Positions 36,531 to 45,968 of a stretch of DNA of 64,000 bases are shown piece after piece. Each line of letters opens with the position of its first letter. The first letter of the stretch is position 1. The stretch lies in contig ONGE01000001.1 in the NCBI GenBank assembly GCA_900317325.1, positions 161,891 through 225,890 on the forward strand, given 5' to 3'. This DNA comes from an uncultured Prevotellaceae bacterium. Its GTDB lineage: Bacteria; Bacteroidota; Bacteroidia; Bacteroidales; Muribaculaceae. Made by a program: the position numbers and the translations under genes. The notes below the pieces were generated by a model. The model saw nothing but the letters and a program-made list of their open reading frames with translations, ran no database searches and had not been told where the DNA came from.

Positions 36531-38264
36531 TTAAGCAAAATCTCTGACTGACACCGAAGAATCACTCAACAAACGAGCTTCCACGACATTAATCACATAA
36601 TCGGCTAGCTGCTCACACTCCTCGACGATGTCATTGAACAGCGTGCCGATGGAATAGGTGGTCTTTTGTTCATCCATTGCCTTAAGGTTTTTGGATTTCA
36701 ATGAATTGCGCTGCTTGTTGATCTTATTCTCGATATTCAACGATTCCATGCTGTTCACGTTCTCACGGCGACCGCCTATCACAAGATTCATCTGGGTCAA
36801 CGATGTCTCGACAAGATCCATCATCTGCTTGAGGTCATCATGCTGGATTTCATTGAATTTCTCACCATTATCGTGAAGCCTCTTCATCTTGCGGGCCAGG
36901 CTGAAACAAGAGTCACCGATAGATTCAATCTCGTCTATTTGCCGATTCATCGAGCGGATTTTGGATTTGGTATCGGAACTCACATGGGCTTCACTCACAT
37001 GGGCGAGGAATTGGGCGATGCCAAACTCAATCTTGTCGGCCTTGTCTTCATCGGCCTCAATTCCGTTAAACTCCTTCTCAAAGTCTTTGGTATCAATGAG
37101 AACCGTGAGCATCCTTGCTCGATTGAACATGTCTTGAACATGCTTGCCGAAATCTTTCACCTCTCGCTGTGCCTGAAGCACGGCGATTTCCGGGGTCTGG
37201 ACAAGGCCTGCATTGATGTATTTGAACTGGTATTCCGACTCGTTCTCGGTACCTTCTTTTTCTTTGAGCAGGGTGCACACCAGCCATTCAATCTGTGGAA
37301 TGAACCAGACCAGCAACAGCGTGTTCAGCACGTTAAAGCACGTGTGGAAGGTTGCCAGTGCGAATGACAGTTTAATCGGATTGGGATTGGGGGCATCAGG
37401 AGCCAATCCTACCAGATTACACGACATATTCACGAAGGGATAAAACACGGCAAGCACCCAGATCACACCCACCACATTAAACACGAGATGGGCCAAAGCC
37501 GCCCTGCGCGCCTGGACGTTTCCTGTCATAGCAGCGAGATTGGCCGTAAGCGTGGTACCGATGTTCTCTCCCATCACCAGAGCAATACCCAGATAGATGG
37601 ACAGCGCCCCGCTAGAGCACAGGATCATCGTGATGGCCATCAGTGCCGCCGACGACTGCACAATGCAGGTGAGAATGGTGCCGATGGCAAGAAAGATGAT
37701 GATTGAAAGGTAGTTCGAGGTATCGAAACTCGAGAAGAAATTAACCAGCGTAGCATTGTGCGCCAGGTCCATCTCCTTGCCTGTCGCCGAGAGGAGACCC
37801 AAGGAGAAAAACAAGAATGCGAGACCGAACAGGAAATCGCCTGCAATCCTATGCTTCTTGCCGTAGATGAGGATGACGCCAATGACAAAGACCGGCCACA
37901 CCAAGTCCACGACATTGAACGAAAAGCCTGCCGACATGATCCATGCCGTCAATGTTGTGCCGATATTAGCACCCATGATCACGCTGATGGCCTGGGCCAA
38001 CGACAGCAGCTGTGCATTAACAAACGAAACCGTCATGACCGTTGTGGCCGATGAGGACTGGACTGCGACGGTAATGAGCATTCCTGAAAAAACTCCGGCA
38101 AAGCGGTTACTGGTCATGGCTGACAATGTGTGGCGCAAGTGGGGTCCACTCATCTTTTGCAGTGATTCACTCATCATGATCATGCCGAACACCAGCAAAG
38201 CCAGGGCACCAATCATCTTCACCACAAGAAACCACATCGGGTAGTTGATGGACAATAATACCAT
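36531..38264 (-). CDS. Na/Pi cotransporter family protein with PhoU-like C-terminal domains
   Basis: Duplicated QSSSAT/QSSAA and GANIGTT/GENIGTT motifs; helical C-terminal EIESIGD and EECEQLAD. Confidence 0.93.
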   Translation of the reverse strand: MVLLSINYPMWFLVVKMIGALALLVFGMIMMSESLQKMSGPHLRHTLSAMTSNRFAGVFSGMLITVAVQSSSATTVMTVSFVNAQLLSLAQAISVIMGANIGTTLTAWIMSAGFSFNVVDLVWPVFVIGVILIYGKKHRIAGDFLFGLAFLFFSLGLLSATGKEMDLAHNATLVNFFSSFDTSNYLSIIIFLAIGTILTCIVQSSAALMAITMILCSSGALSIYLGIALVMGENIGTTLTANLAAMTGNVQARRAALAHLVFNVVGVIWVLAVFYPFVNMSCNLVGLAPDAPNPNPIKLSFALATFHTCFNVLNTLLLVWFIPQIEWLVCTLLKEKEGTENESEYQFKYINAGLVQTPEIAVLQAQREVKDFGKHVQDMFNRARMLTVLIDTKDFEKEFNGIEADEDKADKIEFGIAQFLAHVSEAHVSSDTKSKIRSMNRQIDEIESIGDSCFSLARKMKRLHDNGEKFNEIQHDDLKQMMDLVETSLTQMNLVIGGRRENVNSMESLNIENKINKQRNSLKSKNLKAMDEQKTTYSIGTLFNDIVEECEQLADYVINVVEARLLSDSSVSVRDFA

Positions 38265-38304
38265 ATTTTAGAATTAATGTAATGTCAAGCAATCAAAAGC
38301 ATGA

Positions 38305-38361
38305 CAAAATTACTTTGGCAAGCAGTAACGGCTGCTATAAAATCGGTTACAATTATGTTAC
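38305..38361 (-). promoter_or_regulatory. Promoter of the Na/Pi-RR-HK operon with a candidate PhoB-type direct repeat
   Basis: -7 box CAAAATTA (+ strand 38305-38312); GTTAC at 38346 and 38357, 11-bp period. Confidence 0.45.
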
Positions 38362-38568
38362 TGTTGAACAACGTGGCCCGATGCTGTGCATGGTCGTTCA
38401 AAGCCGAAACAGCCGATGGTTTCGAGAATTATCCATGTACTTGAAAACTACCAGTCATTGTGTGCAACAAGAGAAAAAAAGCTTTATCGACGCATTAATA
38501 CAGATTTTATTTGGCTCTATGAAAAATAATGACTAATTTTACCCACAAGAAACAAAAACACCATCATT

Positions 38569-40134
38569 ATGGACATCAGACTACCTAAAAGGATGGACGG
38601 GCATCAGCCTGAAGTGCTGATTGAGTCCAAGCAGATTACGGTCATCGGAACGAACGGTTCGGGCAAAAGCCGCTTTTGCTCGGCACTTGTCGACGAGTTG
38701 GGCGACAAGGCTTACCGCATCTCGGCGTTAAAGGCACTCTTCCCCACTCCGCCCAGCACCAAGATATTGCCCGGGTCGATCGACGATCTGTTTAACCGCA
38801 TGAACGCCGCCAACCCCTTGATTCAGAACAAAGCCGAGACCGAGTTCGACAAGTTGTTCTTCGTCATGCTCAATGATGAGTTCCGCGAACTGATGAATTT
38901 CAAGGCCCACAAGCTGATGGACGAGCAGATGGAGTTCCCCAAGACCAAACTCGACGTCACGGTCAAGAAATGGCAGGAAGTATTCCCCAAGAACAAGGTG
39001 CTGCGCGAGAACGGCAAACTGATGTTCACCAGCGAGGGTTATGAGGACAAGTATCCGCTGATAGGATTGAGCGACGGCGAGAAATCGGTGCTCTACTACA
39101 TCGGTGCGGTGCTCTATGCCATGCCCGACGCCGCCATCCTGGTCGATGACCCCGAGACCTTCATCCACAGCAGCATCATGCGCACCCTGTGGAACGTGCT
39201 GGAGCAGATGCGTCCCGACTGCACCTTCATCTACAATACCCACGATGTGGAGTTTGCCAGCTCGCGCATCGACAACCAGTGCGTGTGGGTCAAGGAATTT
39301 GACCCCGAGGCGGTGGCTTGGGACTATGAGGTGATGTCCTCGAGCCGCGAGCTCGATAACGCCCTGCTCGACTTGCTGGGCAGCCGCAAACCCGTCCTCT
39401 TTATCGAGGGCGATGACAAGCACAGCATCGATTCCAGGCTTTATCCGCTCATTTTCCCTGAATACACGGTCAAACCCCTGGGCAGTTGCAACAAGGTCAT
39501 CGAGACGGTGCGTTCCTTCGGCGACCTGCAGAATTTCCACCAGCTCGAGAGCCGCGGTATTGTGGATCGTGACCGCCGGAGCGATGAAGAGGTGGAATAC
39601 CTGCGCAAGAAGAACATTCTCGTGCCCAACGTGGCCGAAGTGGAGAACATCTTGATGCTCGAAGGCGTCATCCGCGCAGTAGCGGTTTACAAACGCCGTA
39701 ACCCGGACATCGTTTTCCCCAAGGTGAAAAAACGGGTTATCGCCATGTTTACCAAGGAACTCAAGCAACAGGCATTGCAGCATGTGCGGCACCGCGTGAA
39801 ACGCGATGTGGAGAAACGCATCGACATGAAGTTCACCAGCATCAACGCGCTTGAAAACCACATGGTGGAACTGGTGAGCGAAATCAACCCGCGTGGTCTC
39901 TACGACCAGTTGTGCCGTGAGTTCCATGTCTATGAAGACAACAATGATTATGCCAGCATTCTCAAGGTCTATAACCAGAAGCTGATGCTCATCGAGAGCA
40001 ATGTCGCCGTCCTGTGCGGTTTCAAGAACAAGGACGACTACATCCGCGGCGTGCTGAACATCCTCAAGGGCGGCAAGGAAAGTGCCCGCGCCATCCGCAA
40101 GGCCATCAAGGAGTGCTTCGGCCTCGAGGAGTAA
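38569..40134 (+). CDS. ABC-type ATPase fused to a TOPRIM/DUF4435-like domain
   Basis: GTNGSGKS Walker A, LSDGEK signature, ILVDDPE Walker B, THD switch; FIEGDD..ID, IVDRD and EVEN TOPRIM-like motifs. Confidence 0.85.
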   Translation: MDIRLPKRMDGHQPEVLIESKQITVIGTNGSGKSRFCSALVDELGDKAYRISALKALFPTPPSTKILPGSIDDLFNRMNAANPLIQNKAETEFDKLFFVMLNDEFRELMNFKAHKLMDEQMEFPKTKLDVTVKKWQEVFPKNKVLRENGKLMFTSEGYEDKYPLIGLSDGEKSVLYYIGAVLYAMPDAAILVDDPETFIHSSIMRTLWNVLEQMRPDCTFIYNTHDVEFASSRIDNQCVWVKEFDPEAVAWDYEVMSSSRELDNALLDLLGSRKPVLFIEGDDKHSIDSRLYPLIFPEYTVKPLGSCNKVIETVRSFGDLQNFHQLESRGIVDRDRRSDEEVEYLRKKNILVPNVAEVENILMLEGVIRAVAVYKRRNPDIVFPKVKKRVIAMFTKELKQQALQHVRHRVKRDVEKRIDMKFTSINALENHMVELVSEINPRGLYDQLCREFHVYEDNNDYASILKVYNQKLMLIESNVAVLCGFKNKDDYIRGVLNILKGGKESARAIRKAIKECFGLEE

Positions 40135-40172
40135 TGAACCTTAATCACCTGAAACCCTAAACCTGCAAAAGT

Positions 40173-41522
40173 GTGAAAGACAACAAGGAAGCGACATTGG
40201 CACTGGGCACTCAGCCCGTGGGCAAACTGCTGTGGCAGTATGCCCTGCCTGGCGTGATAGCGATGACCGCATCATCGCTCTACAACATGGTGGACAGCAT
40301 CTTCATCGGCCACGGCGTGGGCTCGATGGCACTGGCCGCCCTGGGCATCTCGTTCCCGCTGATGAATATCGGCGCCGCCTTTGGTGCCGCTGTGGGCATC
40401 GGCGGTTCCACCCTGATGTCGCTGCGCTTGGGCCAACGCCAATATGACAAGGCCAACAACGTGCTGGGCAACATGGTTGTCCTGAACATCATCACGGGCC
40501 TGCTGGTGGGCATCATTTCCATCATTTTCCTTGACCCCATCCTCACTTTCTTCGGTGCCAGTGAGCAGACGCTGCCTCATGCCCGGGAATACATGTTCAT
40601 CCTGCTGCTGGGCAACGTCATCACCCACCTCTATCTAGGATTGAATGCCGCATTGCGCTCGGCCAGCAAGCCTCGAGCGGCGATGATAGCGACCATTGTC
40701 ACCGTGGTGCTGAACACCATCCTCGACCCCATCTTCATCTGGCCCTTGCACATGGGCATCAAGGGTGCAGCTATCGCTACGGTGCTGGCCCAAGCCGTCG
40801 TGCTGTGCTGGCAGTTGTGGCAATTCAGCCGCCAGCGCGAGTTGCTGCATCTTGAATGGCGTTTCCTCAAGCCGGCCCGCAACATCGTCAAGGACATCGT
40901 GAGCATCGGCATCTCGCCTTTTGCCATGCAGATTACAGGTTGTGTGGTCGCCATCTTCATGAATAACGCCCTGATGACCTACGGCGGTGACCTTGCCGTG
41001 GGTGCCTACAGCATTGCCAACCGCTTGGGCTTTGTCTTCTTTATGGTCATCATCGGCATCTGCCAGGGCTTCCAGCCCATCGCGGGCTACAACTATGGTG
41101 CCCACAATATGGATCGCGTGAAGCACGTGCTGCGGCTGACCATCACTGCCTCGGTCATCGCGATGACGGTGGGTTGGATCATCGGCGAGCTGTTCCCCGA
41201 GGCCTGTGTGCGCATGTTCAGCGACGATAAGGACCTGATCGACATTTCAATCCGCGGTATCCGCATCAACATGCTCGTCTTCCCCGTCATCGGCTACCAG
41301 GCCGTGGTCACCAACTTCTTCCAGACCATCGGCAAGGTGCGCATCAGCATCTTCATGTCGCTGTCGCGCCAGCTGCTGTTCCTGTTGCCCATGTTGCTGC
41401 TGTTCGCCTCGCTGTGGGGGCTCGACGGTGTATGGGCGTCCTTGCCTGCCAGCGACTTCGCCGCCTTCGTTGTGGCCGTGGTCATCATGCAGCGCTTCAA
41501 ATTGCAACATGCCAAATCATGA
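40173..41522 (+). CDS. MATE family efflux transporter
   Basis: LGTQPVGKLLWQYALP, YNMVDSIFIG, NTILDPIFI, GIKGAAIAT, QPIAGYNYGA, SLSRQ. Confidence 0.94.
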   Translation: MKDNKEATLALGTQPVGKLLWQYALPGVIAMTASSLYNMVDSIFIGHGVGSMALAALGISFPLMNIGAAFGAAVGIGGSTLMSLRLGQRQYDKANNVLGNMVVLNIITGLLVGIISIIFLDPILTFFGASEQTLPHAREYMFILLLGNVITHLYLGLNAALRSASKPRAAMIATIVTVVLNTILDPIFIWPLHMGIKGAAIATVLAQAVVLCWQLWQFSRQRELLHLEWRFLKPARNIVKDIVSIGISPFAMQITGCVVAIFMNNALMTYGGDLAVGAYSIANRLGFVFFMVIIGICQGFQPIAGYNYGAHNMDRVKHVLRLTITASVIAMTVGWIIGELFPEACVRMFSDDKDLIDISIRGIRINMLVFPVIGYQAVVTNFFQTIGKVRISIFMSLSRQLLFLLPMLLLFASLWGLDGVWASLPASDFAAFVVAVVIMQRFKLQHAKS

Positions 41523-41766
41523 CGCCATCCCCCGAAGCGCGACCGCTCTCTTTCCTCTTCTACAAACTCATAATCATAGTCGTGACGAGGCCAAGAAATC
41601 ATCGTTTTCCACAAGATGACATTGATTTTTTGGCCTTATTGTTGTTTATTGCGATAAAAACAGTAATTTTGTCGTTTGAATCTAATTTCTTGCTAATATT
41701 GCCTGACGACTCTCCAACAGGCAAGGTCAAGGGATGACATACACATGAAAATAGAAGCAATACAGT

Positions 41767-43767
41767 ATGGAAAGACTGATAAATAAATTACTGGATTTGA
41801 GATTATTCAGGTCATTTAGAGTAAGAACGACCCCTCGTTGGATTATTCTGCTGCTTGATATGCTCATTGTGCTGACGTGCTTTGTCGTGACCGTCGTTGC
41901 CGACATGTACTCCCAGCACACTGTGACCCCGTCTCAAACCATCTTGCTGAACGCCTTCATCGTCTTTGCAGTATATTTTGCCGTTTCCTACGTCTCCAAG
42001 AGTTATACTTGCGTCATACGACTATCGGTCATCGAGGACCTGTACCGCATCTTCATGGTCATTGTCATTTCGACATTGGCACTGTTCGGCCTGAATGTCG
42101 TGAAACTTATCGTGTCTGGCTCGCCATTCATGAAGTTTTGGGACATCCTGGTCATCGGCGCCTTCTCGTTCTCGCTGATGATGATTGAGCGCTTGTGTAT
42201 CAAGTACTTGTACATGCGCATGAATAGCGTCACCGAGGGCCGAAAACGCGTCCTGGTGCTTGGCACCACATTCACATCGGTGCTGCTGGCCAATGCGTTG
42301 AAGGGTGAGATCGGCGGTAAATACCTGCCCGTGGGCCTGCTCAGCATCAAGGCCGGTCAAGAGAACTCCGAGATCAACGGCTTCAAGGTCTACAGGTTCG
42401 ACCCGACAAGGATGACCGACATCTTCGCTACCGATCATATCGATGGCCTCATCTTCGACAACAAGAGCCGTAACCTGATGAACAGCGGCTTTGCCGACTA
42501 TTTCATCAAGAACGATATCGCCCTGTTGTCGATGAACAGGGTTGCCGAGTTTGAACAGGACAATGACAAGGAGGACGACAGGAACATCTCGACCTATATC
42601 AAGGAGGTGCAGATCGAGGATCTGCTGGGCCGCGATCCCATCGTGCTCAACAATTCTCTCGTGAGCGACCACATCAAGGGCTCTTGCGTCCTGATTACCG
42701 GCGCCTGCGGTTCCATCGGCAGCGAAATCGTGCGTCAGGTGGCCAATTACGGCGCCAGCAAGATTGTGTTGTTCGACCAGGCCGAGACGCCGATGCACGA
42801 CCTGGCGCTGGAGATGCGCAAAGACCATCCAAAAGCCCACATTGAGCTCTTCATGGGCGATGTGCGCAACCGCGAACGCGTTGAGCAGGCCTTCAAGGAG
42901 TTCCGTCCCCGCTATGTATTCCATGCCGCTGCCTACAAGCACGTGCCCATGATGGAAATCAACCCCACCGAGGCCATCCTGGCCAACGTGATGGGAACTC
43001 GCAACGTGGCCGACCTAGCCCTGAAATACAACGTCTTCAAGTTCGTCATGATCTCGACCGACAAGGCGGTGAATCCCACCAACGTGATGGGCTGCACCAA
43101 ACGTCTGGCCGAGATTTATTGCCAGTCGCTGTTCTATGATGCCCAGAAGCAAGGCAAGAAGACGCAGTTCATCACCACCCGATTCGGCAACGTGCTGGGC
43201 AGCAACGGTTCGGTGATTCCCCTCTTCCGCAGGCAAATCGCCGCGGGCGGTCCTGTCACGGTGACCCACAAGGACATCATCCGCTACTTCATGACCATCC
43301 CCGAAGCCTGCTCCCTTGTTCTCGAGGCCGGCTGCATGGGCAATGGAGGCGAAATCTACATCTTCGACATGGGTGAGCCCGTCAAGATCTACGATATGGC
43401 CAGGCGAATGATCTCGCTGGCCGGCTTGAAGCCCGACATCGACATCAAGATCGAGGAAATCGGTCTGCGCCCCGGCGAGAAGCTGTACGAGGAACTGCTC
43501 AACGACAAGGAGAAGACCACCGCCACCGTCAACAGAAAAATCATGACGGCTAAGGTCAAGACCTATGCTTACAAGGAGGTGTGCTCCAACATCGACCAAA
43601 TCATCAAACTGGCTAAGAACGGTGACGTTCACGGCATGATCTACGCCATGAAGGAGTTTGTTCCCGAATACAAGAGCCAACACAGCCAATTCGAAACCAT
43701 CGACAAGGAAATCGAGTCTGACGGCACGAGCGCGGCACCAAGCAAGTCCCAGCCCAATGCCGAATAA
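41767..43767 (+). CDS. CapD/PglF-type nucleoside-diphosphate-sugar dehydratase with membrane N-terminus
   Basis: IEDLLGR, TGACGSIGSE, FHAAAYKHVP, ISTDKAVNP, TRFGNVLGSNGSV, GLRPGEKLYEELL. Confidence 0.94.
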   Translation: MERLINKLLDLRLFRSFRVRTTPRWIILLLDMLIVLTCFVVTVVADMYSQHTVTPSQTILLNAFIVFAVYFAVSYVSKSYTCVIRLSVIEDLYRIFMVIVISTLALFGLNVVKLIVSGSPFMKFWDILVIGAFSFSLMMIERLCIKYLYMRMNSVTEGRKRVLVLGTTFTSVLLANALKGEIGGKYLPVGLLSIKAGQENSEINGFKVYRFDPTRMTDIFATDHIDGLIFDNKSRNLMNSGFADYFIKNDIALLSMNRVAEFEQDNDKEDDRNISTYIKEVQIEDLLGRDPIVLNNSLVSDHIKGSCVLITGACGSIGSEIVRQVANYGASKIVLFDQAETPMHDLALEMRKDHPKAHIELFMGDVRNRERVEQAFKEFRPRYVFHAAAYKHVPMMEINPTEAILANVMGTRNVADLALKYNVFKFVMISTDKAVNPTNVMGCTKRLAEIYCQSLFYDAQKQGKKTQFITTRFGNVLGSNGSVIPLFRRQIAAGGPVTVTHKDIIRYFMTIPEACSLVLEAGCMGNGGEIYIFDMGEPVKIYDMARRMISLAGLKPDIDIKIEEIGLRPGEKLYEELLNDKEKTTATVNRKIMTAKVKTYAYKEVCSNIDQIIKLAKNGDVHGMIYAMKEFVPEYKSQHSQFETIDKEIESDGTSAAPSKSQPNAE

Positions 43768-43797
43768 CAGAACCCTTTATTTAATGTTAAGCCGCCA

Positions 43798-45837
43798 ATG
43801 AAACGCTTTATTTTATCTCTTCTCGTGCTGGCAGCAGTCAGCATGATGGCTCAACCCGTTGTCCAAACCAAAGAAGAACCCACCAAACGCAAAAAAGTCG
43901 CCGTCGTGTTGTGCGGCGGCGGTGCCATGGGAACGATCCACATCGGAGCCCTCAAGGTGCTCGAGGAGGCCGGCATGCCCATCGACATGGTTACCGGTAC
44001 ATCAATGGGCAGCATCATCGGCGGCATGTATGCCGTGGGCTATAATGCCACCGACATCGAGAGCATCGTCAACAGCATGGACTGGGGAGACATCCTGCGC
44101 GACCGTCTGTCGATGAGAAACCAGACGCTTGACGAGCGTGAGAAACAAAACATCTACTTGTTTGACTACCGTATCTTCCTGGACAAAAGCCAGGACACGC
44201 TGGCCGGTGGCTTCATCCGCGGCATCAACGTCGAGAAGACCCTGCGTCACTACCTGCGCCAGCCCGAGGAGATTGACTTCAAGTCGTTGCCACGCCCCTT
44301 CGGCTGCATCGCGACCGACCTGACTACCGACAGCGAGGTGGTGCTCGACCATGGCTCGCTGGCCAGAAGTATCCGCGCCAGCATGGCCGTGCCCGGCGTC
44401 TTCGCTCCCGTGAGAATGGATCCCTATATCCTGGTTGACGGCGGCACCAAGAACAATTTCCCTGCCGACCTGGCCCGAAAGATGGGCGCCGACATCGTGA
44501 TCGGCATCCGCACCGATCTGGGTCTGAACAAGAACTACTACTCCACCTCCGACATCCTGGAGCGCTCGGTTGGAGCCGACATACATAACCGCAGCGACGA
44601 GAATGACAAGTATTGCGACCTCATCATCCGCGTCCCCGTGAGAGGTTATTCGGCGGCCCACTTCTACAATTCAGCCATCAAGGAGCTCATCAAGCGAGGC
44701 GAGGAGGCCACACGTGAACGCCTGGACTCTATCATGATCCTCAAGCGAATGGCCGGAGTGCCCGACGACTACAAGCCCGACTACAGCATCATCAGCCTGA
44801 GTGACATTGATAATACCCAGGCCGGCAAACTTGTGAGCGAGGAGAATGCCAAGAATTCCATCAAGGCCAGTGTGGGTGTGCGCTATGACAACGAGGAACT
44901 GGTAGCTGCCCAGATTGGCGCAACCTATTACTTTGGCAACAAGCTGGACAAGACGCTCGACCTCACCCTCAGGCTGGGTAAGCGAACCATGGGCCGCCTG
45001 GCATGGAACATAATACCCAAGCCTCACAGCAAGATTGGTCTGTCTTACGAAATCTGGCACGAGGACATCGACATCTATCAGCGCAGGCACCGTTCCGACA
45101 ATTTGAAATTCATTTACCAGAAGGCCAATGCCACCCTGCTCTCCTTTGACGCGCTCAACGTGAACGTTGACGTGGGCGTTGCATGGGAACATTACCACCA
45201 CTATGATGTCTTGAGCAGCGAATACAGCGTCAGTGAATTCCAGAAAAACGTGCACTATTTCAATTACCATGCCCGTGCGCAGTACAACAGTGAGGACCAC
45301 TGGTACTTCACCCACACGGGTATGAGAGCCGAAGCCCAGTATGCCTACTATACCGACAACTTTGCCCAGTGGAAAGGCCATGCAGGCTTCAGCGAAGTGA
45401 GTGCCCGCTGGCGCATGACAATCCCACTCACCAGAACCACTCATCTGCAGCCCATGGTCTATGGACGACTGTTGTTCGGAAAGGATGACATGCCCGCGAC
45501 CATTGCCAACATGATGGGCGGCAATCGCGGGGGCATTTACTACGAACAGCAGCTGCCCTTCTCGGGCTTTGGCAATTGCCATATCATGGAAAAGAATCTG
45601 CTTGTGGGCGGTTTCAAGCTGCAACAACGCCTGTACAAGGAGCACTACCTCATGGTCAAGGGGCACGTCGCCGAGCAGAACTACAAATTCGGTGACGTCT
45701 TTAACGGCAAGCCCATCTGGGGCGCTCAACTCGCCTATGCCTACAATAGCATGTTTGGTCCCCTGGGCGGCTCACTGAACTGGAGCAACTTCAACAAGAA
45801 GGTCTCCATCTACATCAACCTGGGCTTTGAGTTCTAA
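43798..45837 (+). CDS. Patatin-like phospholipase with C-terminal outer-membrane beta-barrel (PlpD/type Vd-like)
   Basis: GGGAMG, GTSMG nucleophile elbow, DGG motif; beta-barrel ending YINLGFEF. Confidence 0.9.
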   Translation: MKRFILSLLVLAAVSMMAQPVVQTKEEPTKRKKVAVVLCGGGAMGTIHIGALKVLEEAGMPIDMVTGTSMGSIIGGMYAVGYNATDIESIVNSMDWGDILRDRLSMRNQTLDEREKQNIYLFDYRIFLDKSQDTLAGGFIRGINVEKTLRHYLRQPEEIDFKSLPRPFGCIATDLTTDSEVVLDHGSLARSIRASMAVPGVFAPVRMDPYILVDGGTKNNFPADLARKMGADIVIGIRTDLGLNKNYYSTSDILERSVGADIHNRSDENDKYCDLIIRVPVRGYSAAHFYNSAIKELIKRGEEATRERLDSIMILKRMAGVPDDYKPDYSIISLSDIDNTQAGKLVSEENAKNSIKASVGVRYDNEELVAAQIGATYYFGNKLDKTLDLTLRLGKRTMGRLAWNIIPKPHSKIGLSYEIWHEDIDIYQRRHRSDNLKFIYQKANATLLSFDALNVNVDVGVAWEHYHHYDVLSSEYSVSEFQKNVHYFNYHARAQYNSEDHWYFTHTGMRAEAQYAYYTDNFAQWKGHAGFSEVSARWRMTIPLTRTTHLQPMVYGRLLFGKDDMPATIANMMGGNRGGIYYEQQLPFSGFGNCHIMEKNLLVGGFKLQQRLYKEHYLMVKGHVAEQNYKFGDVFNGKPIWGAQLAYAYNSMFGPLGGSLNWSNFNKKVSIYINLGFEF

Positions 45838-45968
45838 TCGGCTTATCTTCTACAACAACTTAAAAAATCGAGAATAGAGTTCTCGTCAAACTCACCTTAA
45901 ATACAAAAACAAGCCCTATGTTTGATTTTACGATACAAACATAGGGCTCGTCATATCCTCTTCATGCG

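Noticed and set aside
41767-43767. CapD gene as part of a capsule locus
   Set aside because: No glycosyltransferase, flippase, Wzy or UpxY gene nearby; it is a standalone gene
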